DNA of 64,000 nt from Phormidesmis sp. (lineage in GTDB: Bacteria > Cyanobacteriota > Cyanobacteriia > Leptolyngbyales > Leptolyngbyaceae), in the NCBI GenBank assembly GCA_965248535.1, contig CBDFJR010000005.1, positions 1,824,001-1,888,000 on the forward strand. Reading direction: 5' to 3'. Made by a program: the position numbers and the translations under genes. This document shows, one piece after another, positions 49,377-62,000 of the stretch (position 1 is the first letter of the stretch; each line of letters opens with the position of its first letter). The notes beneath the pieces are model-generated. The model made no database searches and was not told where the DNA came from. It saw only the letters and a program-made list of their open reading frames with translations.

Positions 49377-50411
49377 ATGGAGTCTCTCGACCAACTTTTG
49401 CAGGATTTAGTGGAAGGGAAGCCAACAAATAAGATTGCTCCTTCTCTGGCGGCTCTGGCGCTACTAGATCAGAGACGTGCTCAGGCGTTTGGCACCACTG
49501 CCGCGACCATTGACCAAATGATTGGTTTTAAAATTCGACTATTTAAAGAAATCTATCCTGAATTTATTCAACTTTGTCAGCAACTTAAGCTTAAAGCCGC
49601 TTTGAATGAGACACTATGGAATCTGTGGCTGCCGTTGGCTATTCAGATTTCTGATTGGCGCAGACAGCAAACGCAGCCCTTGATTCAGGGATTTTTGGGC
49701 GGACAGGGCACCGGAAAAACCACGCTGACAGCCGTCTTAACCCTGATTTTGAGTCACCTTGGATACTCTACGGTCAGCCTATCCTTGGATGACTTGTATT
49801 TGACTTATGACGATCGTCAACTCCTTCAAGCTCAAGATCCCCGCTTAGTGCGTCGCGGCCCGCCCGGCACTCACGATCTCAAGCTTGGGCTGCAAGTATT
49901 AAGACAACTCAAGCAAGGCAATCAAACGGTAGTCATTCCCCGTTTTGACAAATCGCTGCGAAATGGCGCGGGCGATCGCACTCAGCCCGACCAGAGCCTA
50001 ATCGCCGAGATTATTTTATTTGAGGGTTGGTTTGTGGGAGTGCATCCCGTCAATCCAATTTTATTTGATACTGCTCCTGCACCCATTTTGACCGAGGGCG
50101 ATCGGGCCTTTGCCCGTGACATGAATGCTCGGTTGCACGATTATCTAGCGCTGTGGCAGCTAATTGACCGTTTAGTGGTGCTCTATGTGCCTGATTATCG
50201 TCTCAGTCAGCAGTGGCGCAAGCAGGCAGAGCATCAGATGATTGCTGAAGGCAAATCGGGGATGTCAGATGCCGAGATTGATCAATTTGTGGATTATTTC
50301 TGGCGATCGCTTCACCCCGAATTATTCATCACGCCCCTCGTCGAGTCTTGTGATTTAGTCATTGAAATTAATTCAGATCACTCCCCCGGCAGTGTCTATC
50401 GCGGAACGTGA
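49377..50411 (+). CDS. Plant-type D-glycerate 3-kinase (GLYK-like)
   Basis: GGQGTGKTT, SLDDLYLT, RGPPGTHD, PRFDKS, FEGWFVG, WRKQAE. Confidence 0.8.
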   Translation: MESLDQLLQDLVEGKPTNKIAPSLAALALLDQRRAQAFGTTAATIDQMIGFKIRLFKEIYPEFIQLCQQLKLKAALNETLWNLWLPLAIQISDWRRQQTQPLIQGFLGGQGTGKTTLTAVLTLILSHLGYSTVSLSLDDLYLTYDDRQLLQAQDPRLVRRGPPGTHDLKLGLQVLRQLKQGNQTVVIPRFDKSLRNGAGDRTQPDQSLIAEIILFEGWFVGVHPVNPILFDTAPAPILTEGDRAFARDMNARLHDYLALWQLIDRLVVLYVPDYRLSQQWRKQAEHQMIAEGKSGMSDAEIDQFVDYFWRSLHPELFITPLVESCDLVIEINSDHSPGSVYRGT

Positions 50412-50587
50412 AGCGACTTTTTTTGGCGGTGCCGCGCTAGCCCTAAGCTCAATAGAATGGGCACGATCGCTAACCCGGTTCTCAGACAAGGATCTATATC
50501 CAGACTAGAAAATGCGTTGAAATAGGCCATGCCCAACACCGCACACCAGAAAATGAAGGTCGATCGCTTTTGACGCTTAGAAGACAT
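50396..50587 (-). CDS. Small two-TM membrane protein
   Basis: MSSKRQKR followed by two hydrophobic segments and a basic tail. Confidence 0.5.
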   Translation of the reverse strand: MSSKRQKRSTFIFWCAVLGMAYFNAFSSLDIDPCLRTGLAIVPILLSLGLARHRQKKSLHVPR

Positions 50588-50661
50588 AGGCTTGGCAGAA
50601 CTGCGTATTAAGAGTGCCACGAAACCTTAAGATATTCTAAAGTGTTAGCGGATCAGCGATC

Positions 50662-51855
50662 GTGAAAGCAATCTCCCTTCTTGGTTCAACTGGCTCAATT
50701 GGAACTCAAACCCTCGATATTGTTGCCCAATATCCCGATCAGTTTCGGATCGTCGGCATGGCAGCGGGGCGCAACGTCACCCTATTTGCCCAGCAGATTC
50801 GTCAGTTTCGCCCCGAAATCGTCGCCATTTGTGATGAAGATAAGCTTCCTGACCTGAGAGCGGCGATCGCTGATCTCGATCCACAACCCCTGATCTTAGC
50901 CGGGAGCGCTGGCGTTGTTGAGGTTGCCCGCTATGGCGATGCCGAAGCCGTTGTCACGGGGATCGTGGGATGTGCAGGATTGCTGCCAACGATTGCGGCG
51001 ATCGAAGCGGGCAAAGATATCGCCTTGGCGAACAAAGAAACGCTGATCGCGGGCGGCCCGGTGGTTTTGCCCCTAGTCAAAAAGCATGGCGTAAAGCTGC
51101 TGCCCGCAGACTCAGAGCACTCGGCTATTTTCCAGTGTTTGCAGGGTGTTCCCCAGGGTGGGCTGAGAAAAATTTTGTTAACGGCTTCGGGCGGCGCGTT
51201 TAGAGATTGGCCCGTCGAAAAATTGGCCGATGTCACCGTTGCCGATGCGCTCAAACATCCCAATTGGTCGATGGGACGCAAGATCACAGTAGACTCTGCA
51301 ACCCTGATGAACAAAGGCTTAGAAGTGATCGAAGCCCATTATTTATTTGGCGTAGACTATGATGATATTGAGATTGTTATTCATCCTCAAAGCATTATTC
51401 ACTCGCTGATTGAGCTACAAGATACCTCAGTGCTGGCTCAGTTGGGTTGGGCAGATATGCGACTGCCGCTGCTCTACGCGCTGTCTTACCCCGATCGCCT
51501 GCCGACGGACTGGGAGCGCTTAAATCTCGTCAAAGCAGGCAATCTCACCTTTAGAGAACCCGACCACGAAAAATATCCCTGCATGGGCCTGGCCTATGCC
51601 GCAGGTCGGGCTGGAGGCTGTTTGCCTGCCGTTTTGAATGCTGCCAATGAACAAGCCGTTGCTCTATTTCTAGACGAGAAAATTTCCTTCTTAGATATTC
51701 CTCGATTGATTGAGCAAACCTGCGATCGTTACGCTTCTCAAAACCAGGCTAACCCCAGCTTAGACAATATTTTGGCGGCTGATGAATGGGCCAGACAAGA
51801 TTTATTAACTGCTAGCCAAGAAAGCAGCGATCGCCAATACTTTATGGTGAACTAG
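50662..51855 (+). CDS. dxr: 1-deoxy-D-xylulose 5-phosphate reductoisomerase
   Basis: [31 protein letters not shown]. Confidence 0.97.
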   Translation: MKAISLLGSTGSIGTQTLDIVAQYPDQFRIVGMAAGRNVTLFAQQIRQFRPEIVAICDEDKLPDLRAAIADLDPQPLILAGSAGVVEVARYGDAEAVVTGIVGCAGLLPTIAAIEAGKDIALANKETLIAGGPVVLPLVKKHGVKLLPADSEHSAIFQCLQGVPQGGLRKILLTASGGAFRDWPVEKLADVTVADALKHPNWSMGRKITVDSATLMNKGLEVIEAHYLFGVDYDDIEIVIHPQSIIHSLIELQDTSVLAQLGWADMRLPLLYALSYPDRLPTDWERLNLVKAGNLTFREPDHEKYPCMGLAYAAGRAGGCLPAVLNAANEQAVALFLDEKISFLDIPRLIEQTCDRYASQNQANPSLDNILAADEWARQDLLTASQESSDRQYFMVN

Positions 51856-52042
51856 CCCCTGTGTTTGCTTGAAAACAAGGATTTGTCAACGCGTAAGTTC
51901 TGAATCAGTGTCATCTACTAGATTTGAACCATTGATGTTTTTCACGGAAACGGATGTCATTTTGCAATAGCTCGATGGATCTGCTAAACTGAGGAACGAT
52001 TCAGGGCTAAATCTGCAAAACAGAAGTTTGAGTCCTACGATC

Positions 52043-52114
<72 letters not shown>

Positions 52115-52133
52115 TCCCTTAAATACCAGCAGG

Positions 52134-52168
52134 TTCAGCGTCTCACGGGGGGCGCTGAATTTGTTTGT
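52134..52168 (+). terminator. Terminator after tRNA-Val
   Basis: TTCAGCGTCTC/GGGGCGCTGAA stem followed by TTTGTTTGT. Confidence 0.65.
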
Positions 52169-52216
52169 AGAGAACTCAAAACGCTATAAAACAACCAAAA
52201 TTGGGCATATAACAAA

Positions 52217-52478
52217 TATCGAGCGGCACCCGCAAAAGATCCGATCGAGCCGATGGGTTGCTCAACGATGCTCTGCAAACTCAGCGATCGAGAAATCTGA
52301 GGCTGAGTTTAATTGTTGGTGAAGATTATATAAAGGGGCTAATTTTCTATCGAGCGGCACCCGCAAAAGATCCGATCGAGCCGATGGGTTGCTCAACGAT
52401 GCTCTGCAAACTCAGCGATCGAGAAATCTGAGGCTGAGTTTAATTGTTGGTGAAGATTATATAAAGGGGCTAATTTTC
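52217..52478. repeat. Perfect 131-bp tandem duplication
   Basis: 52217-52347 is identical to 52348-52478. Confidence 0.95.
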
Positions 52479-52697
52479 TCTGTAATCTCTTGGATACTTG
52501 GGGTCATGCAGTCATGGAGATTGACTAGGCTCATGACCTCAATTCAGCAACATTGGGGTTTTGGGGACTGGAGCTTAGATCATCAACAGTGGCGCAGTCC
52601 GGGGCTTTAATGGAGTTTACACAGATCTTACGGCAGCGAACCTGACCTCGATCGACCGTCAAGATGGGCATGAATCAACCTACTTTCAGATCTGATA

Positions 52698-53243
52698 ATG
52701 AATGTTTTACCGACTTCTATTCCTGATGTCCTGATTCTTGAGCCTCGTGTCTTTCAAGACGATCGTGGCTTCTTTCTTGAAAGCTACAACGAAAAAATGC
52801 TCTCCGAAAAAGCTGGCATCACGGCTCCTTTTGTTCAAGACAATCACTCTCGCTCGACGCAAAATGTTTTGCGCGGGCTACACTACCAGATTCAGCAGCC
52901 TCAGGGCAAACTGGTGCGGGTCGTCGTCGGTGCAATCCTAGATGTCGCCGTAGATTTGAGAAAACAGTCACCGACCTTTGGGCAATGGGTCACTTGTGTT
53001 CTCAGTGCTGAAAACAAACGCCAGTTCTGGGTTCCAGAGGGTTTTGCCCACGGCTTCTTGGTGATTTCAGACATCGCTGAGGTTCTCTATAAAACCACTC
53101 AGTATTATGCTCCTCAGCATGAACGGTGCCTTCTGTGGAACGACCCTGATTTAGCGATCGAGTGGTCTTTACCCGCAGATCCGATCTTGTCAGCGAAAGA
53201 TCAGGCAGGTCAACTCTTCAAAGCAGCCGAGCTATTTGTATGA
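52698..53243 (+). CDS. rfbC: dTDP-4-dehydrorhamnose 3,5-epimerase
   Basis: DDRGFFLE, QDNHS, LRGLHYQ, GFAHGF. Confidence 0.95.
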   Translation: MNVLPTSIPDVLILEPRVFQDDRGFFLESYNEKMLSEKAGITAPFVQDNHSRSTQNVLRGLHYQIQQPQGKLVRVVVGAILDVAVDLRKQSPTFGQWVTCVLSAENKRQFWVPEGFAHGFLVISDIAEVLYKTTQYYAPQHERCLLWNDPDLAIEWSLPADPILSAKDQAGQLFKAAELFV

Positions 53244-54169
53244 GACGCATCTTATTAACAGGCAGTGACGGGCAAGTTGGACGAGAACTTCAGAAAACCC
53301 TCGAACCGTGGGGTGTCGTGACTGGAGTCGGACGGAGCACCCTGGATCTAGCCCAGCCTGACCACATTCAGCAAATTCTTGAGCAAGTCAAGCCTGATTT
53401 GATTGTGAATGCGGCGGCTTATACGGCCGTCGATCGGGCCGAAACCGACTCTGCCGCCGCCGAAGCGGTCAACGCGATCGCGCCCGCAATCCTAGCAGCA
53501 TCTGCCCAGAAACTCGGTGCCGATCTGATTCATATTTCGACTGACTATGTGTTTGATGGCCAAAAAAACACGCCTTACACCGAGCAAGATCCGCCCAACC
53601 CCGTTAGCGTTTATGGACGCTCTAAGTTAGCCGGAGAACAAGCCATTCAGCAGGCGTGGCTGCATGGCCCTGGCGACCAGCCAGCCAGCTATATGATTGT
53701 GAGAACTGCCTGGGTCTATGGGGTTTATGGTAAAGGCAATTTTGTGAAAACCATGCTGAAGCTGGGATCTGAACGCGAACAGATTCGGGTCGTCTCTGAC
53801 CAAATGGGAACGCCGACCTGGAGCCATCATCTCGCGCAAGCGATCGCGCAACTGATTCCCAAACTCAACCCAGAGACTTCAGGAACTTATCACTTCACTA
53901 ACAGTGGGGCGGCAAGTTGGTATGACTTTGCGATCGCGATTTTTGAAGAAGCTGAACTGCTGGGGTTTCCCTTAAAAGTTCAGTCTGTGATTCCGATTAC
54001 AACGGCTGACTATCCGACTCCGGCGCAGCGGCCTGCGTGTTCAATGTTGGGCGGTGCTAAAGTCTCTGCCCTGCTAGAAACTCATTCACCGCACTGGAGA
54101 AAGGCGCTTAGACAAATGCTGACTGAGCTTCGAGCTAACAATGCCACCCTTTTAGAGACAAAACGATGA
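53240..54169 (+). CDS. rfbD: dTDP-4-dehydrorhamnose reductase
   Basis: TGSDGQVG, NAAAYTAVD, STDYVFDG, YGRSKLAGE; ATG overlaps the rfbC stop. Confidence 0.95.
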   Translation: MRRILLTGSDGQVGRELQKTLEPWGVVTGVGRSTLDLAQPDHIQQILEQVKPDLIVNAAAYTAVDRAETDSAAAEAVNAIAPAILAASAQKLGADLIHISTDYVFDGQKNTPYTEQDPPNPVSVYGRSKLAGEQAIQQAWLHGPGDQPASYMIVRTAWVYGVYGKGNFVKTMLKLGSEREQIRVVSDQMGTPTWSHHLAQAIAQLIPKLNPETSGTYHFTNSGAASWYDFAIAIFEEAELLGFPLKVQSVIPITTADYPTPAQRPACSMLGGAKVSALLETHSPHWRKALRQMLTELRANNATLLETKR

Positions 54170-55239
54170 AAGCACTCATTCTCTCAGGCGGTAAGGGTAC
54201 GCGATTGCGACCTCTGACCTACACAGGCGCAAAACAGCTAGTTCCCGTGGCCAACAAGCCCATTCTTTGGTATGGCATTGAGGGCATTGTTGCCGCTGGG
54301 ATCACCGAAATTGGCATTGTCATCAGCCCTGAAACGGGGGCAGAAGTGCAGGCTAAAACAGGCAACGGCGATCGCTTTGGTGCCAACATCACCTACATTC
54401 TGCAAGAACAGCCTGCGGGCTTGGCGCACGCTGTCAAGGTGGCTCAACCCTTTTTAGGCGATGCTCCGTTCATTATGTATCTGGGCGATAACCTGATTCA
54501 AGGCGGGTTGTCAAAGTTTTTAGATAGCTTTAAAGCTCAAACTCTAGATGCTCTGATTCTCTTGAGAGCCGTTGCTAACCCCAGCGCCTTTGGGGTTGCT
54601 ACGCTGGACGACCAGGGGCGAGTCCTTCAGTTGGTTGAGAAGCCAAAAGTTCCTTCTTCAAATTTAGCGCTCGTCGGAATTTATTTCTTTTCTAACGCTA
54701 TTCACGCCGCGATCGCCGGAATTCAGCCTTCTCCACGGGGGGAACTCGAAATTACCGATGCGATTCAATTTTTAATCGATCAGAAAAAGCCTGTCGTCGC
54801 CTCTGAGCTAGAAGGCTGGTGGCTAGACACGGGTAAAAAAGATGATCTGCTGGCGGCCAATCAAACCATTCTCGATACCTGCCTCACCTCGTCTATTGCC
54901 GGAGAGGTGGATGCTCAAAGTCAAATTATCGGCAGAGTTGAGATTGGAGCCGGATCACAAATTGTTAACTGCACCATTCGCGGGCCGGTGGCGATCGGCA
55001 AAGATTGCCACATCGAAGACTGCTTTATCGGCCCCTACAGCAGTGTTGCCGATCAGGTGACGTTGATCGATGTTGACCTCGAACACAGCGTGATTTTGCA
55101 AGGGGCAAAAATCAACGGAGTTCACCATCGGATCGTGGATAGCGTGATTGGGCAACGCGCCCATCTCACGGTTGCGCCCCAACGGCCTAAAGCCCTGCGC
55201 TTTTTGATCGGAGACGACTGTCAAATTGAATTAGTGTGA
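54166..55239 (+). CDS. rfbA: Glucose-1-phosphate thymidylyltransferase (long form with beta-helix tail)
   Basis: [42 protein letters not shown]. Confidence 0.93.
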   Translation: MKALILSGGKGTRLRPLTYTGAKQLVPVANKPILWYGIEGIVAAGITEIGIVISPETGAEVQAKTGNGDRFGANITYILQEQPAGLAHAVKVAQPFLGDAPFIMYLGDNLIQGGLSKFLDSFKAQTLDALILLRAVANPSAFGVATLDDQGRVLQLVEKPKVPSSNLALVGIYFFSNAIHAAIAGIQPSPRGELEITDAIQFLIDQKKPVVASELEGWWLDTGKKDDLLAANQTILDTCLTSSIAGEVDAQSQIIGRVEIGAGSQIVNCTIRGPVAIGKDCHIEDCFIGPYSSVADQVTLIDVDLEHSVILQGAKINGVHHRIVDSVIGQRAHLTVAPQRPKALRFLIGDDCQIELV

Positions 55240-55244
55240 TCACC

Positions 55245-56342
55245 ATGCACAACCTTCTCAATAATGTTGTTAGAACGCCTCGAAGAGTGTTGGTTACGGG
55301 GGGAGCCGGATTTATTGGCTCAAACTTTGTCCATCACTGGTGCGCTGCTTATCCCCACGATCGGGTAGTGGTGCTGGATGCACTCACCTATGCGGGCAAT
55401 CGCCAAAATCTGGCAGGCTTAGAAACCTCCGACAAACTGCGATTTGTTCAAGGCGATATCTGCGATCGTCCCTTAGTTGACGAACTTTTGCAGACAGAAG
55501 CCATTGACACGATCGCCCATTTTGCGGCTGAGTCTCACGTCGATCGCTCGATTCTAGAACCCGATGCGTTCATTCGCACCAACGTGGTCGGCACGTTTAC
55601 TCTCTTAGAAGCGTTTAACCAGTATTGGAAAGCAAATCAGAACCCGATCGACTATCGCTTTCTGCACGTCTCCACCGATGAGGTTTATGGCAGCTTAGAA
55701 CCCGATGATCCTGCGTTCACCGAAACCACTTTGTTTGCCCCCAACAGTCCTTACTCGGCTTCTAAAGCGGGCAGTGATCATTTAGCGCGGGCCTACTATC
55801 ACACCTACGGCTTACCTACGATCACGACTCATTGCTCCAATAACTACGGCCCCTACCATTTTCCAGAAAAGCTGATTCCCTTGATCTGCATCAATATCCT
55901 GATGGGTAAGCCTTTGCCCGTTTATGGCGATGGGCTAAACATTCGAGACTGGCTCTTTGTCACCGACCATTGTCAAGCCCTTGATGCCGTCATTCATCAA
56001 GGCAAACCGGGTGAAACCTACAACATTGGCGGCAACAATGAAGTCAAAAATATTGACCTAGTGCATATGATATGCGACCTGATGGAGGAACTCGCGCCTG
56101 AGTTACCCGTGCGCCCTTGCCGTAAGTTAATCACCTTTGTCAAAGATCGACCGGGGCACGATCGCCGTTATGCCATCGATGCCACCAAGATCACAACCGA
56201 GCTTGCCTGGACTCCGCGTGAAACGATCGCCAGTGGGTTGCGACAAACCGTTGAGTGGTATCTTGCTCACCCTGAATGGTGGCAGCCTCTGCTCTCTCCC
56301 CAATATCAAACCTACTATCAGCAGGTTTATACCAACGTCTAA
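55245..56342 (+). CDS. rfbB: dTDP-glucose 4,6-dehydratase
   Basis: [39 protein letters not shown]. Confidence 0.95.
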   Translation: MHNLLNNVVRTPRRVLVTGGAGFIGSNFVHHWCAAYPHDRVVVLDALTYAGNRQNLAGLETSDKLRFVQGDICDRPLVDELLQTEAIDTIAHFAAESHVDRSILEPDAFIRTNVVGTFTLLEAFNQYWKANQNPIDYRFLHVSTDEVYGSLEPDDPAFTETTLFAPNSPYSASKAGSDHLARAYYHTYGLPTITTHCSNNYGPYHFPEKLIPLICINILMGKPLPVYGDGLNIRDWLFVTDHCQALDAVIHQGKPGETYNIGGNNEVKNIDLVHMICDLMEELAPELPVRPCRKLITFVKDRPGHDRRYAIDATKITTELAWTPRETIASGLRQTVEWYLAHPEWWQPLLSPQYQTYYQQVYTNV

Positions 56343-56591
56343 AGCCACCAGAATTGTTGTCAGCAGCGCAGTTTCTGCTCTGTGCCAGTTGAGAAGAGGC
56401 TGCAAACTCTGCGGCCAGTGAGCCGTGGCGGACTGGGGTTTCTCTGCTCTTCGCAGGAGGCCCTTTTCTCTGCTTCTTTGCGAAGCTTTGGTTGGGTCAA
56501 AATCTCATTAGCCGCACCTTTGTGAGAAATAGATGAAGATGACCCAGAGCGTCTAATCTAGTGTTTGAGGATTTCTCTGGCAGATAGCGTT

Positions 56592-58046
56592 ATGGTCTCT
56601 CGTCTCTCGAATCGCTACTTACGAACGGCAACTTTGATGGTGGTGCTAACATCACCCGCTTTGACAGAGGTCATCGCTGCCCGATCGTCGGTGGCGCAAC
56701 CGATCGGGCAGGGAGTCATTCAGATCCCTATGCCCACGGTCGGCGATGAGGCTTACACGCTGGGAGCGGGCGATCGAGTTCGCGTTGAAATCTTTAAACT
56801 GACGCAATATAGCGGCGATAACCAGGTATTAGTAGACGGAACCCTAAACTTGGCGGAGGTTGGCAGCGTCTCGGTGCAGGGAATGACCCTGAGAGAAGCC
56901 TCAGAGACAATTTCTCAAACCTACGCTAAACTGTTGCGCTATCCCCTGGCGACGGTGACGCTCGTGACTCCTCGCCCTGTGCGGGTTGGGGTTTCTGGAG
57001 AAGTCAACCGAGCAGGTTCTTACACGCTGACGACGACCGAAGGTGGCTCTCAGTTGCCTACCCTGACGCGTGCTCTGCAACAGTCGGGCGGCGTGACTCA
57101 ACTGGCAGATCTGCGAAATGTGGAAGTGCGGCGGGTGAGGCGAGGAGGCACGATCGAGGCGATCAAGGTTGATCTCTGGGAGTTTTTACAGACGGGCGAT
57201 CTGAGTCGAGATATCACCCTGCGGGGCGGAGACAGTATTTTTATCCCCTCTGTTAAAACCACTAATCTAGTGGAGTCGGTGCAGGTCTCTTCTGCCAGTT
57301 TTGCCGCCGATCGTAGTCAACCTCTAAATATCGCAGTGGTGGGCGAAGTTTATCGACCTGGCCCCTATACAGTCACGGCTTCGGCTCGGACGGGGGCAGC
57401 AGGTGAAACGGGGCAGTCGGGAGGCGGCGATCGTCCACCAACGATTACCCGTGCGATTCAAATAGCGGGCGGCATCAAACCGCAAGCAGACATTCGCAAT
57501 CTTCAGGTGCGTCGAGTCGCTCGAAATGGCATGGAACAAACGATTACAATCAACCTCTGGGAGTTGTTGCAGCAGGGCGATGTCAACCAGGATTTAATTT
57601 TGCAAGACCGGGATACGATCGTGGTGCCGATGGCCCCTGCAATGACCGCCGCTGAGGCAACTCAGGTTGCGGCGGCCAGCTTTTCGCCCGACACCATTCG
57701 CGTTAATGTCGTGGGTGAAGTCAAGCAGCCAGGCGTGGTTAGAGTGCCGCCTAATACACCGCTCAATCAGGCATTGCTGGCGGCGGGTGGATTTAATGTT
57801 CGTGCTCGTAAACAGTCTATTGATCTGATCCGGCTGAACTCAGATGGAACGGTCACTAAGCGACGAATTGACATAGATTTGGAGCGTGGTTTAGATGAAC
57901 GCACGAACCCAGCCCTCCGCAATGATGATGTGGTTGTGGTAGATCGTTCTAGGCTGACGGCATTCTCCGACAATTTAGGATCAGTGCTGACTCCCTTCAA
58001 TGGCTTCTTGTCTATCTTCAGCATCTTCAAAATCTTTTCTCGGTAA
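56592..58046 (+). CDS. wza: Polysaccharide export protein (Wza/OPX) with multiple SLBB domains
   Basis: YTLGAGDRV, DGTLNL; repeated VGEVxxPG/AGG SLBB units; amphipathic C-terminal helix. Confidence 0.85.
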   Translation: MVSRLSNRYLRTATLMVVLTSPALTEVIAARSSVAQPIGQGVIQIPMPTVGDEAYTLGAGDRVRVEIFKLTQYSGDNQVLVDGTLNLAEVGSVSVQGMTLREASETISQTYAKLLRYPLATVTLVTPRPVRVGVSGEVNRAGSYTLTTTEGGSQLPTLTRALQQSGGVTQLADLRNVEVRRVRRGGTIEAIKVDLWEFLQTGDLSRDITLRGGDSIFIPSVKTTNLVESVQVSSASFAADRSQPLNIAVVGEVYRPGPYTVTASARTGAAGETGQSGGGDRPPTITRAIQIAGGIKPQADIRNLQVRRVARNGMEQTITINLWELLQQGDVNQDLILQDRDTIVVPMAPAMTAAEATQVAAASFSPDTIRVNVVGEVKQPGVVRVPPNTPLNQALLAAGGFNVRARKQSIDLIRLNSDGTVTKRRIDIDLERGLDERTNPALRNDDVVVVDRSRLTAFSDNLGSVLTPFNGFLSIFSIFKIFSR

Positions 58047-58418
58047 AGGCATCTCAGACCAGCGCCATGCTCATCGCCTATGGCAATCATTGACAGGACG
58101 CATCCACGATCCTCAAGCTCAAACAGCCTGCCTTTGAGAAGGCGACTGTAGGAATAAAGAGGCTGAAAAAATAACATAAACTTATTGCAAAGAAAAATAA
58201 GGGTTTAAGGATTTCTACGGAGAATACACTAGCATCGTACCTAGAGCAGATGGCATTTTAAGCAAGCATCCAAGCCAACAGTCATACACTATTCCGTTAG
58301 GGATGCTCCTTTCGTTCTACCTGCTGAGGGCTATGCTGCCTCGTCGTAGAGCTAAATCTAAGTCTTTTCGTTTCAGCATAAATTTAAGAAATTTTGTTGA
58401 AGGTAGTCTAATCTTCTC

Positions 58419-59021
58419 ATGAGTCTAAAATCAGTTTTCAAAGCCATGATTTGGCGCTATCACAAAATCCAACTGGGACAGGTAGGCAAAAACTCAGATA
58501 TTAGTTTGCAAGCAGATCTTCGAGGTAAGCGAAGAAATATCTCTATCGGGCACGACAGTTTGATCTGCAAGCACTCGGTTTTAGAGGTCGATCAGATCGA
58601 CATTAGCGAGTCTAAGATCGTCATTGGTGATCACACGCTGATTAGTTCTTTTGTGATTTTGCGAACCTATGGAGGAACGATCAAAATTGGCAATCACTCC
58701 TTTATCAACTCATTCTCAGCGCTATATGGGCACGGAGATTTGGTGATTGGCAACAACTGCTTAATTGGCCCGCAGGTGACGGTGATTCCGGTGAACTACG
58801 GCTTTCAAGATCGAGAGATTCCGTTTCGGCAGCAAACGCCAACCATGAAAGGAATCACGATCGGAGATGATGTGTGGATCGGGGCAGGCGTAACTATTTT
58901 AGATGGCTGCACGATCGGAAACGGCTGCATTGTTGGAGCCGGGGCTGTGGTGACTAAAAGTGTCGAACCCTATGCGATCGTGGCTGGCGTTCCTGCTAAA
59001 AAGATCGGAATGAGAGAGTGA
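58419..59021 (+). CDS. Hexapeptide-repeat (LbH) O-acyltransferase
   Basis: IGDDVWIGAGVTILDG, VGAGAVV, AGVPAK. Confidence 0.9.
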   Translation: MSLKSVFKAMIWRYHKIQLGQVGKNSDISLQADLRGKRRNISIGHDSLICKHSVLEVDQIDISESKIVIGDHTLISSFVILRTYGGTIKIGNHSFINSFSALYGHGDLVIGNNCLIGPQVTVIPVNYGFQDREIPFRQQTPTMKGITIGDDVWIGAGVTILDGCTIGNGCIVGAGAVVTKSVEPYAIVAGVPAKKIGMRE

Positions 59022-59093
59022 GCGCAGTCCAAAAGGGTGACAGAAGTTGGATTGCTTGAGCGTGGTTTTTACATTATTTCCAGGGATTGACTA

Positions 59094-62000
59094 ATGGCTG
59101 CAAACCTATTCTTTCGAGTTCAATCAGTCCGACACTCCTTGACCCACTCCTGTATGAAGTGGTTAAGTCAGCACCGAGTCGATAGCTCAATCACGCTGGT
59201 GTTGGCGATCGTGTTTGCTGGAATTAGCTACCTGAGTGCTCAACAAATTCCCGATCCCCTGCTCACCGATTTCTACGCTCAGGATGTATGGTTTGGCGGG
59301 GATATTCCTACGGTTTTCGGCAACATTACCAGCCTGCAAAGTGATTTTGGGCGCAACAACAAGCATCCCCTATTTCCGTTGATTGCCTTCCCCCTCGTGT
59401 TTGGATTAGGCAAACTCCTACACTTGGAACCCGTTTCGGCAGCCAGGCTAGTCATTGCTCTGGTTGGGGCGAGTTGGATTGGGTCGCTCTATATTTTGTT
59501 TCGACTTCTGCCATGCCCTCGATTAGATGCCGTGATCTTCAGTTTGCTGGGTGGTGTCAGCGCAGCAGCGACGTTTTGGTTTGTGGTGCCTGAAACCTTT
59601 TCCTTTGGCTCACTGTCGATTTTGCTGGTGCTTGTGGTTGTTGCTTTGGCTCAACACCGCAAACTTGCTCCGGTTTGGTATGTGCTAGCAGGGGCCTTTT
59701 CCCTCAGCATCACGCTCACTAACTGGATGGTGGGACTGCTGGCCACGATCGTCAACCACCGTTGGAAAAAAGCGCTGCAAATTACCCTCGTGACCTTTCT
59801 GGTGGTAAATGTGCTGTGGGTGCTGCAACGATCGATTTTTCGCAATGCTGGCTATTCCTTCTCTCTAAAAACGTTTGTTGGCGAAAAAAAATTCATGTCT
59901 GCGCCAGAGTCTGAAGGCGTTTTGTCAGCCGTGAGTTCTTTTTTCTACCAAACGATCGTGATGCCTGCGACTCAAGTCCAAGATTCGCTGATTCGGGCGG
60001 GTTGGGCGCAACTGACGGCAAACACCTTAACTCCGGGGTCGGGGGGCTTTTGGGGAATGTTGGCAGTGGTTGCCTGGACAGCACTGTTTATTCTAGGAGC
60101 GTGGAGTTTCTTGACGACAAAACAGCAGCCTAAACTGCGAATTGTTGTAGGACTCGCACTGCTCGGACAGTTGCTGATCCACAGTGTCTATGGCAGGCAA
60201 GAGACCTTTATTTACTCGCTGCACTTTACTCCACTTTTGTTGACGGTAGCGGCCTTCAGTTCTTTATCTCGTCTGCGGTGGGTGGGGTTGGGTCTAGCCG
60301 GATTGTTGGTGGTCAGTGCAGGAATCAACAATCGATCGCAGTTCAACCAGATCACGGCTGCTTTGCAAACCTATGGGACACCCCAGCAGCAAGTTCAGGC
60401 GCAGATGCGATCGCGGCCGTCTGATTTCTGGCCCCGCAATCTAGGACATGTCATTCTAGCCACTCCGGGTAGCCGCGCCGAAGACAAAGCTTATTATGAA
60501 CCGGGCGGCAGCTTTAGCCCAGTGGCGGGCAGTTTTGGGGTGTCGATCTGGATGGTGGACAAAGATGGCATGCCGCAGATCACGAGTGACACTATTCCTC
60601 TTAATCAGATTCAGCAACAATTTACCAATCTGGGTCAGCAGCCTCCCGGAATTTCTGCAAAAACCGAGTTTTATCAGGCCTCCTGGCAAGCCACAAAATC
60701 CGGCTGGCGGCTAGCGCTGACGACTCCAGCCAATTCCCCGACTCGGCCCGTGCTGATGATTCGTAGCGTTGGGCCGGCGGGGGGAGCAGTCAATTCCCTA
60801 AACTGGAATGGTCAACGGCTGATGGTCAACGATCGCTGGTCTCTCCAACCGATCGCCTCTCCCGTTAAGGTGCATCTCGGCAGCGAGTCACCCGGTTGGG
60901 TCACTCAATCCTCCCCGACAGCGCAATGGCAAGACAAGTGGGGCTGGGGCTATGCGCGGCTAGAACTCACGCCCGGTAACACCTGGACTATCGATCTGAC
61001 CGACTCTGCTCCTCAGATTCCTGCCAATGCCATCGCGTCAAAACTGTCTCCTGATCTAGCCCTAGAGCTACCAGACGCGCAATTTGTCGAAAGCATCAAC
61101 GCTCAGACCTCTCATTTGTTGATGGGGCTGGTTGGAAATCGGACTCGTCTTGGCGATCCCCTCAGCTATCCGTTGCCGCGCCTGCGAGAAGGGGCTTATG
61201 AGATGGTGGCGCTGGCCCGCGCTGGACAGCTAGACACGGCAAAGCAGCTATCTACCTACTTCGCTGAAACTGACTTTCTCAACGGCATCCAGCCTCAAGC
61301 TGATGTGCCTGCCCTGGGAATTTGGGCGTTGGCGGCCGTGGCCGAGCAGGTGAGTCAGCCAGACTACGATCGCTTACTTTGGCCGCACATCCAGCGCAAA
61401 GTGGATCTTATTAGCGAGATGCTGGTGACCAATCGACCGGGCTACCCCGTGGCGGATAAGTCGCAGATTCCCTTTGCGGAATACCCAGATTTTCTAGCGC
61501 AGGATCTGGTTGGAGGCAAAATGGAGCAAACGTCTGGGCTAATCACTCTCGACCCAGCGGCATCGATCATGAGCTACCGCGCTCTGCTGGATGCGGCGAC
61601 CCTAGCCGATCGCGTCAACCAACCCAGCTTTGCCCAACGCTGGCGCGCTCAAGCTGAACGATTGCAGTCTGCCTGGCGTAAAGGCTTTGAACCCATTTTT
61701 GCTCAAGATCCTGCCACTTATGCCAATAGTCTATGGCCTAGCTGGATTGCCACCGCCGATCGCCCCGTGCTCACCCAGGCGCTGCAACAACACTGGAACT
61801 ATGATGCCAACGGAGCGCTCCGTCAGCCTGTCACCCCAGCCTTTAATCTGGCAGAAACACACCAATGGCTATTTCTCGGACAGAGCGATCGGGTCTGGAC
61901 AACCTTAAGATGGTGGTGGCAGCATCAGACCTCGCCGGGGCTGTATAGCTGGTGGGGCGAGACTCCTAAGCCGGGTGATGTTCCTAAAAGTTTCTCTCAT

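Noticed and set aside
52389..52610. 73-aa ORF
   Set aside because: Starts within the tandem duplication and has no recognisable features.
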